A DNA stretch of 17,212 bases. Origin: Candidatus Jordarchaeia archaeon (lineage in GTDB: Archaea > Asgardarchaeota > Jordiarchaeia > Jordiarchaeales > Jordiarchaeaceae). Shown one piece after another: positions 1 through 9,091 of the stretch. How positions within the stretch are numbered: the first letter of the stretch is position 1; the number at the start of each line of letters is the position of its first letter. The notes beneath the pieces were generated by a model. The model had not been told where the DNA came from, made no database searches, and saw only the letters and a program-made list of their open reading frames with translations. The translations under genes and the position numbers were made by a program. The stretch spans positions 1 through 17,212 of the forward strand of contig JAHQXB010000048.1 of NCBI GenBank assembly GCA_029856435.1. The letters are read 5' to 3'.

Positions 1-112
1 AAAAAAAGGCCCAAAAACACGAGATTTTGCGAATCTATCGCCGGGGCGAACCAGTCCCATGAAACTTGAGGGATGAAGAAAGTTACGCAAGGTTAACGCT
101 GGGTCGGAATGG

Positions 113-1162
113 TTACTGGTATTGTTCTTTGAAGTAGGGTATTATTTTTTTACCCCATAATTCGTACTGGTTCTTTCTATGTTTTGTGGGGACAAGAAGT
201 ATGCACAGAAAGTAGTGGTTGCCCGCCTTATAGAGCTTATCTATTCTCTCAATGCACCTATCCGGTGTACCATAAATGAAGCGTTCCTCAATGGCTTCAA
301 AAGGAATTTTCTTGGCGAACTCGATAGCTCTCTTTATTGATTCTGGGCTGTAAGTGAATTTTTTCAGGCTAAACTCTTCGGAGATTTCTATTCCTACTTT
401 TTTAAGTTTGTCAGGCCAAAAGGCTGAGAGTAACTTTGCCGGCAATTCTATGGGGTCCGGCCCTTCTTCCTCCTTTTTGGAAACATTTGCATAAATGGTG
501 TTTGCTCTCACAATTTTTTCAGGGTCTCTTCCAAACCTCGTAGCGTAGTTCTCTATTTCCTTCCAGAATCTTTTATACTCCTCGGGAGTTAGGGCCTGCG
601 GTAACCACCCATCTCCCAGCTCTGCAGTTATTCTCCTTGTTCTGGGCGAGTTGGCTGCAATCCAAAAGGGGGGATGTGGTTGCTGGAAGGGGAGAGGAAG
701 GAGGAAGGCATTTTTTAATGTGTAGAATTCACCATCATAATTGATGGTGCCGCCTGTAAAGAATTTTTTGAGTATTCTTATGGTCTCTTCCATAATGCTG
801 ACTGGCTTATCCCACCTAATTCCAAAAGGTTTAATGGATGGAGACTCACCCGCACCTATACCCACTATAAGTCTTCCATTTGAAATGTGGTCTACTGTAA
901 CGATGTTCTGAGCTAAAACTGCGGGATGCCTTCTAGCCGCATCAACCACACTTATTCCCAGATTTAGCTTCGTCCTAAAAGATATGGCGGCAAGCGTTGG
1001 GAAGGGTTCCATTGCGTCCCAAACCTTTATTCCGGCTCCCACCAAATGGTCCCCTAACCATACTGAGTCGAAACCATTATTATTTGCATAGGAAACGGCG
1101 TCATAAATGTCGGAAAGTGGAGCATTTGGCAGGTGAGCACCAAACTGGGGAACTGGAGGCAT
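113..1162 (-). CDS. LLM-class (luciferase-like) flavin/F420-dependent oxidoreductase, Rv2951c/Mer-like
   Basis: Motifs GFDSVWLGDHL, DAARRHPAVLAQ, SNGRLIVGIGAGE, WIAANSP, GDGWLP. The ORF track starts at 1198, but that ATG lies only ~7 nt from the TATA-like TTTATAAA (1205-1212). The ATG at 1162 (MPPVPQFG) has a GAAGGGTG RBS and is preferred. Confidence 0.9.
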   Translation of the reverse strand: MPPVPQFGAHLPNAPLSDIYDAVSYANNNGFDSVWLGDHLVGAGIKVWDAMEPFPTLAAISFRTKLNLGISVVDAARRHPAVLAQNIVTVDHISNGRLIVGIGAGESPSIKPFGIRWDKPVSIMEETIRILKKFFTGGTINYDGEFYTLKNAFLLPLPFQQPHPPFWIAANSPRTRRITAELGDGWLPQALTPEEYKRFWKEIENYATRFGRDPEKIVRANTIYANVSKKEEEGPDPIELPAKLLSAFWPDKLKKVGIEISEEFSLKKFTYSPESIKRAIEFAKKIPFEAIEERFIYGTPDRCIERIDKLYKAGNHYFLCILLVPTKHRKNQYELWGKKIIPYFKEQYQ

Positions 1163-1204
1163 AAATACACCCTTCAATATTTTACCAAAATACGACATCT
1201 TCTC

Positions 1205-1244
1205 TTTATAAATTTATAGCTTATTTTTTAGGCTATCTAAGCCT
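1205..1244 (-). promoter_or_regulatory. TATA-like promoter of the first LLM gene, with palindrome TATAAATTTATA (1207-1218) and inverted repeat AGGCT-N5-AGCCT (1230-1244)
   Basis: Read directly from the sequence; position fits an archaeal promoter ~45 nt upstream of the ATG at 1162. Confidence 0.5.
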
Positions 1245-1298
1245 GATTTACACAAAATTTAGTTTGCTTTAGAGGGGAGATTTAATGGAATTTGAGTG

Positions 1299-2333
1299 TC
1301 ATAATTCTTTAAAGTAGGGTATTATTTTGTCTCGATAGATTTCGAAAACCTTGTTAGGATCTGGTCCTCTGTTGAGTAGGGCAAAGTGTTTAACCCCTGC
1401 CTTGATAAATGCTTCTATCTGATCCATAACTTGGTCCAAAGTGCCTATAATATTAAAATCCTGTAATATTCGATCCGGAACTTTGTTGAGGTATTGAAGC
1501 AGCTTCATAAGATCCTCATTTGAGGGGGTCAATTTTTGGATAGCTAGCTCTTTGGGCACCTCAATATTATACTCTTCCTTCAATTTATCTGGAAATAGTA
1601 AGTGTCCACCCTTCATAAATTCGACTCTCTTAAACGCTGTTTCAAAATCGTCAGCTACGGCGGTCATACAATTGTAGCACACATCAATCTCCTCCATACT
1701 CCTGCCCGCCCTTTTTGCACCCTCCTCCACATCCTTTATGTGTTTGGCAATTAGGCTGGGACTCTCATAGAAGGGGAACCATCCTTCAGCCATCTCGCCG
1801 GCAAGCCTTCTTGAAACTGGCCCGTTAGCCGCAACATAAATTGGAATTGTTTCCTGAACTGGTTTAAGCTGCAGAAGAGCATTCTTCATTTTGAAGAATT
1901 CACCGTCATAGTTAACTCTGTCTTCCTTCCAGAGAAGACGCATAACCTCAATAAATTCTCTCAATTTAGAAACTGGTTTTTGTGCATCAATATTGAACAT
2001 TTTGAGATTCATAGCTTCGCCCGCACCAATACCCAGCATGGCCCTACCATTAGAAACCACGTCAAGAGTCGCTAGAGTATGCGCCATAACCGCGGGGTGC
2101 CTACGGTGAGGGTCAGAAACACCAGTGCAAAGAGTAAGACGGGAAGTGTTTAAAGCCATAACCGTTAAAAACACAAAGGCATCATAAACTCTGCCTTCAG
2201 GTGGAATGGTAGTAAGATGATCAGCATACCACAAACTCTCAAAGCCACACTGCTCCGCCTTCTTGGCGCCCTCAACTGCCAACTCCAACCTATATGTAGG
2301 AACCGGGATTGAGAAACCAAATTTAATATCCAT
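1299..2333 (-). CDS. LLM-class flavin/F420-dependent oxidoreductase (tandem paralog)
   Basis: GFESLWYADHL, GVSDPHRRHPAVMAH, SNGRAMLGIGAGE, YVAANGP, AEGWFP; GGTGA RBS upstream of the ATG; TTTTTATA box at 2385-2392. Confidence 0.92.
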   Translation of the reverse strand: MDIKFGFSIPVPTYRLELAVEGAKKAEQCGFESLWYADHLTTIPPEGRVYDAFVFLTVMALNTSRLTLCTGVSDPHRRHPAVMAHTLATLDVVSNGRAMLGIGAGEAMNLKMFNIDAQKPVSKLREFIEVMRLLWKEDRVNYDGEFFKMKNALLQLKPVQETIPIYVAANGPVSRRLAGEMAEGWFPFYESPSLIAKHIKDVEEGAKRAGRSMEEIDVCYNCMTAVADDFETAFKRVEFMKGGHLLFPDKLKEEYNIEVPKELAIQKLTPSNEDLMKLLQYLNKVPDRILQDFNIIGTLDQVMDQIEAFIKAGVKHFALLNRGPDPNKVFEIYRDKIIPYFKEL

Positions 2334-2453
2334 AACAGATCACCAGTAAAAACATGAGGACTATTACACTCTCACAATGTCCTGTATAAAAATTTTTAGA
2401 TGAGGTCTTTAAACACTCATCATTGCCCCCTCAAATAATAAGTGATATTGTTT

Positions 2454-3281
2454 CTAGCCTTGTTTTTTCTTTCCTTTACCCATAAGGAAATCCAACACTG
2501 CTTGAACTAATTGGGCGCCGTCACCAATTTTCCTCAAAATTAGTCCCGAGGCGTATTCTCGAAATATTTTTATGTGATCTTCGGGTGGAGGACTGATTTT
2601 TTCAAGCCTAGAGGCTATTTTTAGGTCCCAAGGAACACTCTTTTTGATGTCTTCTACTTCGACTCCAGGAAAACAGCCTTTAAGATATATTTCTTTTGTC
2701 TTCTCATCGAATCCAAAAACCCCTTGACTGCTTATTAACAGGCTGGGCCCAGTTCCGGGAGGAAAACCTGCCTTTTCTCTGGAATCGCCACCAGTCAGAT
2801 AGCCAGGAGAGGATAAGTAATCCAGTTTCTCAACAAATTCTCCACCCCTCAAAGTGATTACGGTTCTCTTGGCGTATCCAATAAAATCCGTCGCGCCTCC
2901 AGCTCCGGGCAATCTCGTTTTGGGATTATCATAGTCTCCAAGCACCGTGGAGTTTATGTTGCCAAATTTGTCCACTTGCGCTGCTCCCAAGAAACAAACA
3001 TCCACGTAGCCCTTAAACAATATTGTTGTGAATGTGTCCGCCAAATCACATGCATAGCTGAAGCCCTTAGTGGTGGTGCTTTCGGCAATGTGAAAAGCAG
3101 ACTTATAGGGCAAAAAGTCTATGATTCCCGCCTCAGTCATAAGAATGCATTTAGGTGCATGAGTCATCTTAGCCACAACGCCCGCAATTATTGGAATTCC
3201 CTGACCCACTATAACACGATCACCATTCCTAATTTCCTTAGATGCGAGGGAAACCATCAACTCCAAAACGGAATAATCCAA
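2454..3281 (-). CDS. Family I CoA-transferase beta subunit (GctB-like)
   Basis: VIVGQGIP, MTEAG (catalytic Glu position), DVCFLGAAQVDKFGNINST, RLPGAGGA, YLSSPG; GGGGGTGA RBS before the TTG. Confidence 0.92.
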   Translation of the reverse strand: MDYSVLELMVSLASKEIRNGDRVIVGQGIPIIAGVVAKMTHAPKCILMTEAGIIDFLPYKSAFHIAESTTTKGFSYACDLADTFTTILFKGYVDVCFLGAAQVDKFGNINSTVLGDYDNPKTRLPGAGGATDFIGYAKRTVITLRGGEFVEKLDYLSSPGYLTGGDSREKAGFPPGTGPSLLISSQGVFGFDEKTKEIYLKGCFPGVEVEDIKKSVPWDLKIASRLEKISPPPEDHIKIFREYASGLILRKIGDGAQLVQAVLDFLMGKGKKKQG

Positions 3282-3333
3282 CTACACTTCACCCCCATTC
3301 AAACATTGCTCCAGGTTCATAGAAGGAAATTTT

Positions 3334-4311
3334 CTAATCTATTTGCGTATGTTTTCTAAATGATGAACCGTAATTTACGGGCACGCTGTAGTAGGGTTTC
3401 GCCCTTAACCTCTCCAAGTATTCTTTGCCGAATCTCTCAATGTAGTGTGCTATGTACTGTTCTCTATTCTCTAAATTGTAGACCCATTCTGTAAGGAAGT
3501 GCTGAATACTCTCACTGCTCCAGTTCATTGCCCCAAGCATGGCTCTAAAAAGGAAGTCCAGGTCATAGTACCCATGCACTTCAGAAGGATGGGCACCCCA
3601 CGGCTCTACAACAACAGCGTTTACCCGAAAACCGGGAATGATGGTATGATGAGGGCTGCGATTCACTGTTTCGCGATCCACCAGTTCCTCGGCTGAAACG
3701 ACGATTTTTTTGCAGGCCAAGCTTGCCCACTTGGCAGTACCTAGAGCACCCCAAAGCTGAGCATTACCCTCAGCGTCCACTCTTTGAACATGAACAATGG
3801 CCACATCGGGATTAGCCGCTGGAACGAGGAGCACCTTTTTCCCAGTAAAGGGGCATTCCACTTCTTTGAACTTGTTTTCTCCCATAAAGCTCCTTCTCCG
3901 AAAAATATCGGTATATTTGAGGCCTATGGGAACCTGCATAAAGGTCTGCCCCATGGCTCCCGCCATCAACATGGCCAAAATTGAGTAGTTCGAGTAATCC
4001 TCTACTTCAATTCTCTTCTCCTTTATAGCCCTCTCAAACTCAGTTCCATAATTGGCTCCACCTAACCTGAAACTGAACGCAGTAACAATTCGTTTAAGAC
4101 ATCCACCAGCAACCAGCAAATCGGCCTCATCTATAAGAGAGGTGCTCCACAGAGTCAATTCCCTCTTTTTCTGCCTAATGATTTCGTGGATAAGGGCGAA
4201 AGGAGAAGACTGAAGAAAATTTGCAATGCAGACCTGCTCACCATCACTTATAAATTTCTTAACAGCCTCAGAGGCATCCATCAACTTATCTGAAACTTCC
4301 GACTCAACCAT
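3334..4311 (-). CDS. Family I CoA-transferase alpha subunit (GctA-like)
   Basis: AVKKFISDGE, ALIHEIIRQ, DLLVAGG, PDVAIVHVQRVDAEGNAQLWG, PWGAHPS, GYYDLD; lies 52 nt upstream of the beta subunit on the same strand. Confidence 0.92.
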   Translation of the reverse strand: MVESEVSDKLMDASEAVKKFISDGEQVCIANFLQSSPFALIHEIIRQKKRELTLWSTSLIDEADLLVAGGCLKRIVTAFSFRLGGANYGTEFERAIKEKRIEVEDYSNYSILAMLMAGAMGQTFMQVPIGLKYTDIFRRRSFMGENKFKEVECPFTGKKVLLVPAANPDVAIVHVQRVDAEGNAQLWGALGTAKWASLACKKIVVSAEELVDRETVNRSPHHTIIPGFRVNAVVVEPWGAHPSEVHGYYDLDFLFRAMLGAMNWSSESIQHFLTEWVYNLENREQYIAHYIERFGKEYLERLRAKPYYSVPVNYGSSFRKHTQID

Positions 4312-4512
4312 AAAACTCTCTCCAAAACTGTTAAACCAAAACTTTAAAAAGTAATAAATTTAACCTGAACACTTCCAAGGATAACATAGCCGGGCAGGCC
4401 GATTACAAAGGGGGATATTTTTGCTTTTGTGTTTATGGGTTTTCTCTATATTAAAGTGGTGGGAGGTGTCTTGGTCTTGGAACCCCTTATTTTTGCCGAT
4501 TAGGAAAGATTT

Positions 4513-4560
4513 AAGTAAACTACTTGCCATAGTATAAACTACATTAAGTAGTTTTAAATA
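4513..4560 (+). promoter_or_regulatory. Repeated AAACTAC operator-like motifs abutting the TATA box (TTTTAAATA) of the membrane-protein gene
   Basis: TAAACTAC at 4516 and 4535; inverted copy GTAGTTT at 4548-4554; AAGTA-AAC-TACTT at 4513-4525. Confidence 0.45.
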
Positions 4561-4592
4561 AGCATAAAAAATATGAATAGGAGAAAGCAAAA

Positions 4593-5327
4593 ATGGCTTC
4601 AGAATACAAAATTGCATTCTACGGAATTATAATCTCCCTACTCTCATTCATCCTATGGGGGATAGTGGCAGCAATAATGATAACAGTAAATAGAGACTCC
4701 AATCTACTGGGAATAGCTTACGCCTCACTATCCCAAATACCCCTGCCCATAATTGGGACACTTCCCCTCCTACCATTCGAAACAGTAGCACTCATGGCCG
4801 CAGTGGACCTGTCCGCCACCAACGCCTACCTAATTTTCAGCCTGGCCATAATAAGCGCCCTACCCTTCGCCATTGGAAGTGTAATGGTTGGGTATGGGTT
4901 CTATGGACTCTACAAGGAAGAACAGAGCACACTCTGTCTAATCACCGCACTGATAGTAATGATAGGCTTCGGAGCACTAGCAATCATAATACCTTTAGGA
5001 CTCCTCCCCACAACAACCCTCTCACCTTGGACCCTAGTTTTCTACCATTTCTTCTCACTGACAATACCATTAACACAAACAACAGTTTCTAGCCTAGGGG
5101 CAGGCATAGCAACAGGGATAACAGGGCTAGTAGTAATAGTTGGCTACATTTTGATGGGAATCACTATGATCACAATACGCGCCAAGACACCCAAGCCAGA
5201 CAACATGTTAGCCGGCGGAATCCTATGTACCTTAGGGGGCCTATTATTCCTAGGAGTAGTTGGAATAGCGTTAGTTTTCGTAGCCTACATTCTGCTAGCA
5301 CAAGTATTCATCGAACTCAGAAAATAA
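4593..5327 (+). CDS. Hypothetical polytopic membrane protein (about 6 TM helices; C-terminus reminiscent of DUF996/DUF973-type proteins)
   Basis: 244-aa hydrophobic ORF with AGGAGA RBS and consistent A/C wobble codon usage. The family resemblance is by eye only. Confidence 0.8.
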   Translation: MASEYKIAFYGIIISLLSFILWGIVAAIMITVNRDSNLLGIAYASLSQIPLPIIGTLPLLPFETVALMAAVDLSATNAYLIFSLAIISALPFAIGSVMVGYGFYGLYKEEQSTLCLITALIVMIGFGALAIIIPLGLLPTTTLSPWTLVFYHFFSLTIPLTQTTVSSLGAGIATGITGLVVIVGYILMGITMITIRAKTPKPDNMLAGGILCTLGGLLFLGVVGIALVFVAYILLAQVFIELRK

Positions 5328-5989
5328 AACGCCACCCTTCCCCCTTTTTCTAAACCATTAAAAATATTGAAAAAGAAAACTACCTGCAGGAGAATAGAAA
5401 TAGCAACCAAAAACTTCAGATATACGTTCAACTTATGGAGATTAATCTGGCTTTTACCAAATAGAAGAGAAGATATTCGTCTTTCAGCAATTAAGTTCTA
5501 ATTATTCTCCTCCTAACAGCAGCTAAAATCATATAGATCTTTTTTGGACACTGAAACACCTTACAATATTTCCCAAAGACAGAGACAAAATCAAGATTCA
5601 AGAATGAAGAAGGAAAGAAATCTGAAAAAAATAAAAACCAAGTAAGAATGTGTGCTGGTGGAGCCTTATGATTTTACACTTATAGGGTGGATAACTCCAG
5701 CTCGAGAGGAATAACAGAGTAGCGAGTAGCTCTCCTCTATACCTCAGAAAGAAGTCAAATTTTGGGAAGGCTAGAGCTGGTGCAGCTATAACCTATTTTT
5801 GTTTCTCAATTGTGCTTGCAGAGGATTCTATTTGCTGTTTTTATTGTTTTTGTGTGAATTTTTCGTTTCAAAGGTTGCCGCTGTCCCCGCTATTTGGTTT
5901 TTGTAATTGTTTTAATGTTGTAGATAGATTTATAGCTTGTTTAAAAATACTGTCCCTTAGTTTTAAATTTGGCTCCGTTGGTGGGATTT

Positions 5990-6910
5990 ATGGCGGGTTT
6001 GCTTCCAAGAGAACTCCTAGAGCATCCAGAGAGGCTTAAACCTAAGGATATCGAGGATGGGCTTGTAAGTGTTGGGTACTTGCCGAATCAGAAGATAGTC
6101 ACTACACTTTTTCTCGCCTTTCAGCTTGACAAGCCAATTCTGGTGGAGGGCCCTGCGGGCTGCGGTAAAACTTATTTGGGTGTTTGCATCGCGAAGTTGT
6201 TTGGCTTCCCGTTAATTAGGCTTCAGTGTTATGAGGGGATTCTCCCCGAACAATCAATTTATGAGTGGAACTATCATAAGCAGCTTCTCAGAATTCAGAT
6301 GAACCACCTTAAGGGTGATGATGGAGGCGAAAAATCGATATTTTCTGAGGAGTACCTTTTGGAGCGCCCATTATTAACTGCCTTGAAGTCCCCTGAGGCC
6401 GTGCTTCTCATAGATGAGATTGATAAGGCCGACGAGCAATTTGAAGCTTTTCTCCTTGAACTTCTCGGCGAGCGACAAATCACGATACCGGAATTGGGAA
6501 CTGTGAGGGCTCCCCCGAACCAGAAACTCATTACTGTACTGACATCTAATAGTTCGAGGGAGTTGTCTGAGCCTTTGAAAAGGCGGTGCTTACACCTCTA
6601 CCTAGACTATCCTCCAAGGGATTTGGAAAAAAGGATTATACTTCTCAACTGTCCCCAGTTGTATGATGAATTTGTGGATAATATATTGAGTTTTGTTGAG
6701 AATCTGAGAAGCATGAGGCTGCAAAAGGTTCCCTCCATTGCGGAGTCAATAGACTTCGCCAGATCCCTAATAGCCATTGGAAAAAACGAGTTGGATCAAG
6801 ATACTGTCAATTCTCTCCTGTCCACTCTTCTTAAGGTTAAAAGTGACATAGACCTAGTGGCCCGGAAAGGTATAGAGAACCTTCTCGACTTAAACAGCGA
6901 AAAAGGATAA
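5990..6910 (+). CDS. MoxR-family AAA+ ATPase, CoxD-like
   Basis: Walker A EGPAGCGKT, RLQCYEG, Walker B LLIDEIDKADEQFEA, ITIPELGT, LTSN, LKRRCL. ORF track starts at 5969; ATG 5990 preferred (RBS, TATA at 5961-5968). Confidence 0.93.
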   Translation: MAGLLPRELLEHPERLKPKDIEDGLVSVGYLPNQKIVTTLFLAFQLDKPILVEGPAGCGKTYLGVCIAKLFGFPLIRLQCYEGILPEQSIYEWNYHKQLLRIQMNHLKGDDGGEKSIFSEEYLLERPLLTALKSPEAVLLIDEIDKADEQFEAFLLELLGERQITIPELGTVRAPPNQKLITVLTSNSSRELSEPLKRRCLHLYLDYPPRDLEKRIILLNCPQLYDEFVDNILSFVENLRSMRLQKVPSIAESIDFARSLIAIGKNELDQDTVNSLLSTLLKVKSDIDLVARKGIENLLDLNSEKG

Positions 6911-6917
6911 ATAAAGG

Positions 6918-8423
6918 TTGCAGGAAATGATTGAGGGCTTTGTGAGGCTTCTCCGTGAAAGAAACATTCGTGTAGGATTAGCAGAGACCATAGACGCCTG
7001 CAAAGCCTTCACACTGCTAGACATAGATAAGGAAGTAATGAGGGAAGGCTTAGCCGCCTGCTTAGTAAAGGAGGAAGCAGACCGGCCGGATTTTGACCGT
7101 ATTTTCGACCTCTATTTCTGTAACATGATGGAGGAAAAAAAGAAAACCCCACAAACATCCACCCAAATAGGAGACTGGGAATTTTCCGAAAGGGAGGAGC
7201 GGAAACAGAAAATCGAGAGACCATCACAGAAGGAAGCACGACAAACCGAGCCTCAGCAGCGTGACCAGCAGGAGGGACAAAGACGGGAAGTGTTGTCAAG
7301 GTTTGGAGGCATAAAAGGAATAGGTAGGGCGATTGATGAGAACGATTTGGAGGGAGCCGCTGACCAACTTGTGGAACGAATTCTCAGCAAAACTAGGGAT
7401 CCGGACACCTTTGCTAATATGCTTAAGAACTTTATAGATTATATGAAGCTTTACTCTGGCTGGGCTCTGGATGAAACCGCTGATTTTAGGGACTATTTAG
7501 AGAGAATAGAAAAAGTTCTGGGCTTGGCGCAGAGAAAGTTTCTGGAGTTATTTAGGGAAGAGTATCCCCTAGAAGAGTTGATTTCTAAGCTGGTGAAACT
7601 GGATTACCAAAACATTGAGGAGCTGGACTTTAACAAGTATGTGGGCGACTTGGTTTTTCTTGTGAGTAACGTGGATAAAGTTGAGAGAACCATAAAGAAA
7701 CTGGCAAAACAGCTAGCATCCAAGCTCTCAAGAAGGGAGAAACTAGCAGATAGGGGTAAAATAAATATTCGCAAGTCCATTCGCAGGTCCCTGGAGTATG
7801 GGGGAGTAATGGTTAAGTTGGATTACAAGATGAGAAAGATTCAAAGGCCAGAAATTGTCCTGCTCTGTGATGTTTCTGGAAGTTGTGAATGGATATCCAG
7901 CTTTTTCATAACTTTAATGTTGGGAATTAAAAAGGCCTTCAGCGAAGTTAGAGGCTACATTTTCACAGACCACTGCTGGGCGGTAACCAAGGCACTGGAC
8001 ACCGGAATGGTTGAAAGACTATTCCAGGAGATTAGCCACTGGTGGGATGTTTACCGGGGAGGTGGAAGCAGCAACATGGAAACAGCCTTCGAGGACTTTC
8101 TCAAAAAAACAGAGGGAACCATAACCAAGAAAACCACGGTAATCATTCTCAGCGATTGCAGAGACTATCTTGGGAGAAGAGAACTCTACGGAGACTTAAG
8201 GGGATACCCTCTCTCAGCCCAAAAAATAGCCAAACTCGCCAAAATTTCAAAAAGACTCATAATTCTAAATCCCGAGGATCCCAGGTTCTGGAACACTGGC
8301 GACTCCGTAGTAGAATATTACATTCAGGCAGGGGCGGAATGCTACCCTGTTAAAAACCTTCAAGAACTGGCCAACATGGTGATTTTAGCTGCAAAAAAAG
8401 ATATAAATCCATACCCTAGATAA
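6918..8423 (+). CDS. VWA domain protein, CoxE-like
   Basis: N-terminal GFVRLLRERNIRVGLAETIDA, RGKINIRKSIRRSLEYGG, MIDAS DVSGS, VIILSD, LNPE; begins 7 nt after the MoxR stop (alternative ATG at 6927). Confidence 0.92.
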   Translation: MQEMIEGFVRLLRERNIRVGLAETIDACKAFTLLDIDKEVMREGLAACLVKEEADRPDFDRIFDLYFCNMMEEKKKTPQTSTQIGDWEFSEREERKQKIERPSQKEARQTEPQQRDQQEGQRREVLSRFGGIKGIGRAIDENDLEGAADQLVERILSKTRDPDTFANMLKNFIDYMKLYSGWALDETADFRDYLERIEKVLGLAQRKFLELFREEYPLEELISKLVKLDYQNIEELDFNKYVGDLVFLVSNVDKVERTIKKLAKQLASKLSRREKLADRGKINIRKSIRRSLEYGGVMVKLDYKMRKIQRPEIVLLCDVSGSCEWISSFFITLMLGIKKAFSEVRGYIFTDHCWAVTKALDTGMVERLFQEISHWWDVYRGGGSSNMETAFEDFLKKTEGTITKKTTVIILSDCRDYLGRRELYGDLRGYPLSAQKIAKLAKISKRLIILNPEDPRFWNTGDSVVEYYIQAGAECYPVKNLQELANMVILAAKKDINPYPR

Positions 8424-8455
8424 AAGTTAAAACTGTTAAGGAAGGTTGAGAGGAA

Positions 8456-8980
8456 ATGGATGTTTTTGAAGCCATAGAAAGTAGGAGAAGTATAAGGGAC
8501 TATGATAGAAATAAACCGGTTTCCAAAGAAACAGTGGAAAAAATTGTTAATGCGGCTAGATGGGCCCCCACAGCGGGTAACCGTCAGCCCATAGAGGTGA
8601 TAGCGGTTTCCAATCAGGAAGTAAGGGAGAAACTAGCTTCTTTATCAGGCTACGCCCCCTACCTTAAGGATTCCCCAGTAGCATTAGTGGTTTGTGTTAA
8701 CCAGAACAAGTACACTAAGGGATACGAGAACGCCCGCCAATTCTATACCCCCATGGACGCTTCCGCAGCCATAATGAACATGATGCTTGCAGCCCATGGA
8801 CTAGGTTTAGGAACCTGCTGGGACTCCGTGCTTGACAAAAAAGCGATAAGAGAATTATTAAAAATCCCTGAACATGTGGAGCCATTCAGCATTTTGGCAC
8901 TAGGGTATCCCTCAAAGAGACCCGAAACCCCTCCCAGAAGAAGACCCCTAGAAGAAATGATACACTGGGAAACCTACTAG
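8456..8980 (+). CDS. Nitroreductase-family flavoprotein
   Basis: RRSIRDY, ARWAPTAGNRQP, DASAAIMNMMLAAHGLGLGTCW, LALGYP. Confidence 0.93.
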   Translation: MDVFEAIESRRSIRDYDRNKPVSKETVEKIVNAARWAPTAGNRQPIEVIAVSNQEVREKLASLSGYAPYLKDSPVALVVCVNQNKYTKGYENARQFYTPMDASAAIMNMMLAAHGLGLGTCWDSVLDKKAIRELLKIPEHVEPFSILALGYPSKRPETPPRRRPLEEMIHWETY

Positions 8981-9091
8981 CCCCAGAAAACACGTAGAAC
9001 ATACAACCTTCTTTTTCAAATATTTTTTCACGTTTGAATTTGTTTCATTGTGGCTAAAAATAGTTTTCTAAATTTGTTTGGGAGCCAAGTT

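Noticed and set aside
1-112. GC-richer stretch with short hairpins downstream of the first LLM gene
   Set aside because: Stems are only 4-5 bp and no RNA family is recognisable; the terminal T-run on the minus strand fits a simple terminator.
1207-2398. 12-bp AT palindromes over both LLM TATA boxes (TATAAATTTATA; TAAAAATTTTTA)
   Set aside because: Pure A/T palindromes arise readily around TATA boxes; insufficient to claim a shared operator.
2976-4617. Alternative ORFs 2976-3359, 3499-3696, 3784-3984, 3797-3988 and 4360-4617
   Set aside because: Antisense shadows of the CoA-transferase genes or low-complexity intergenic ORFs, with no protein-like motifs.
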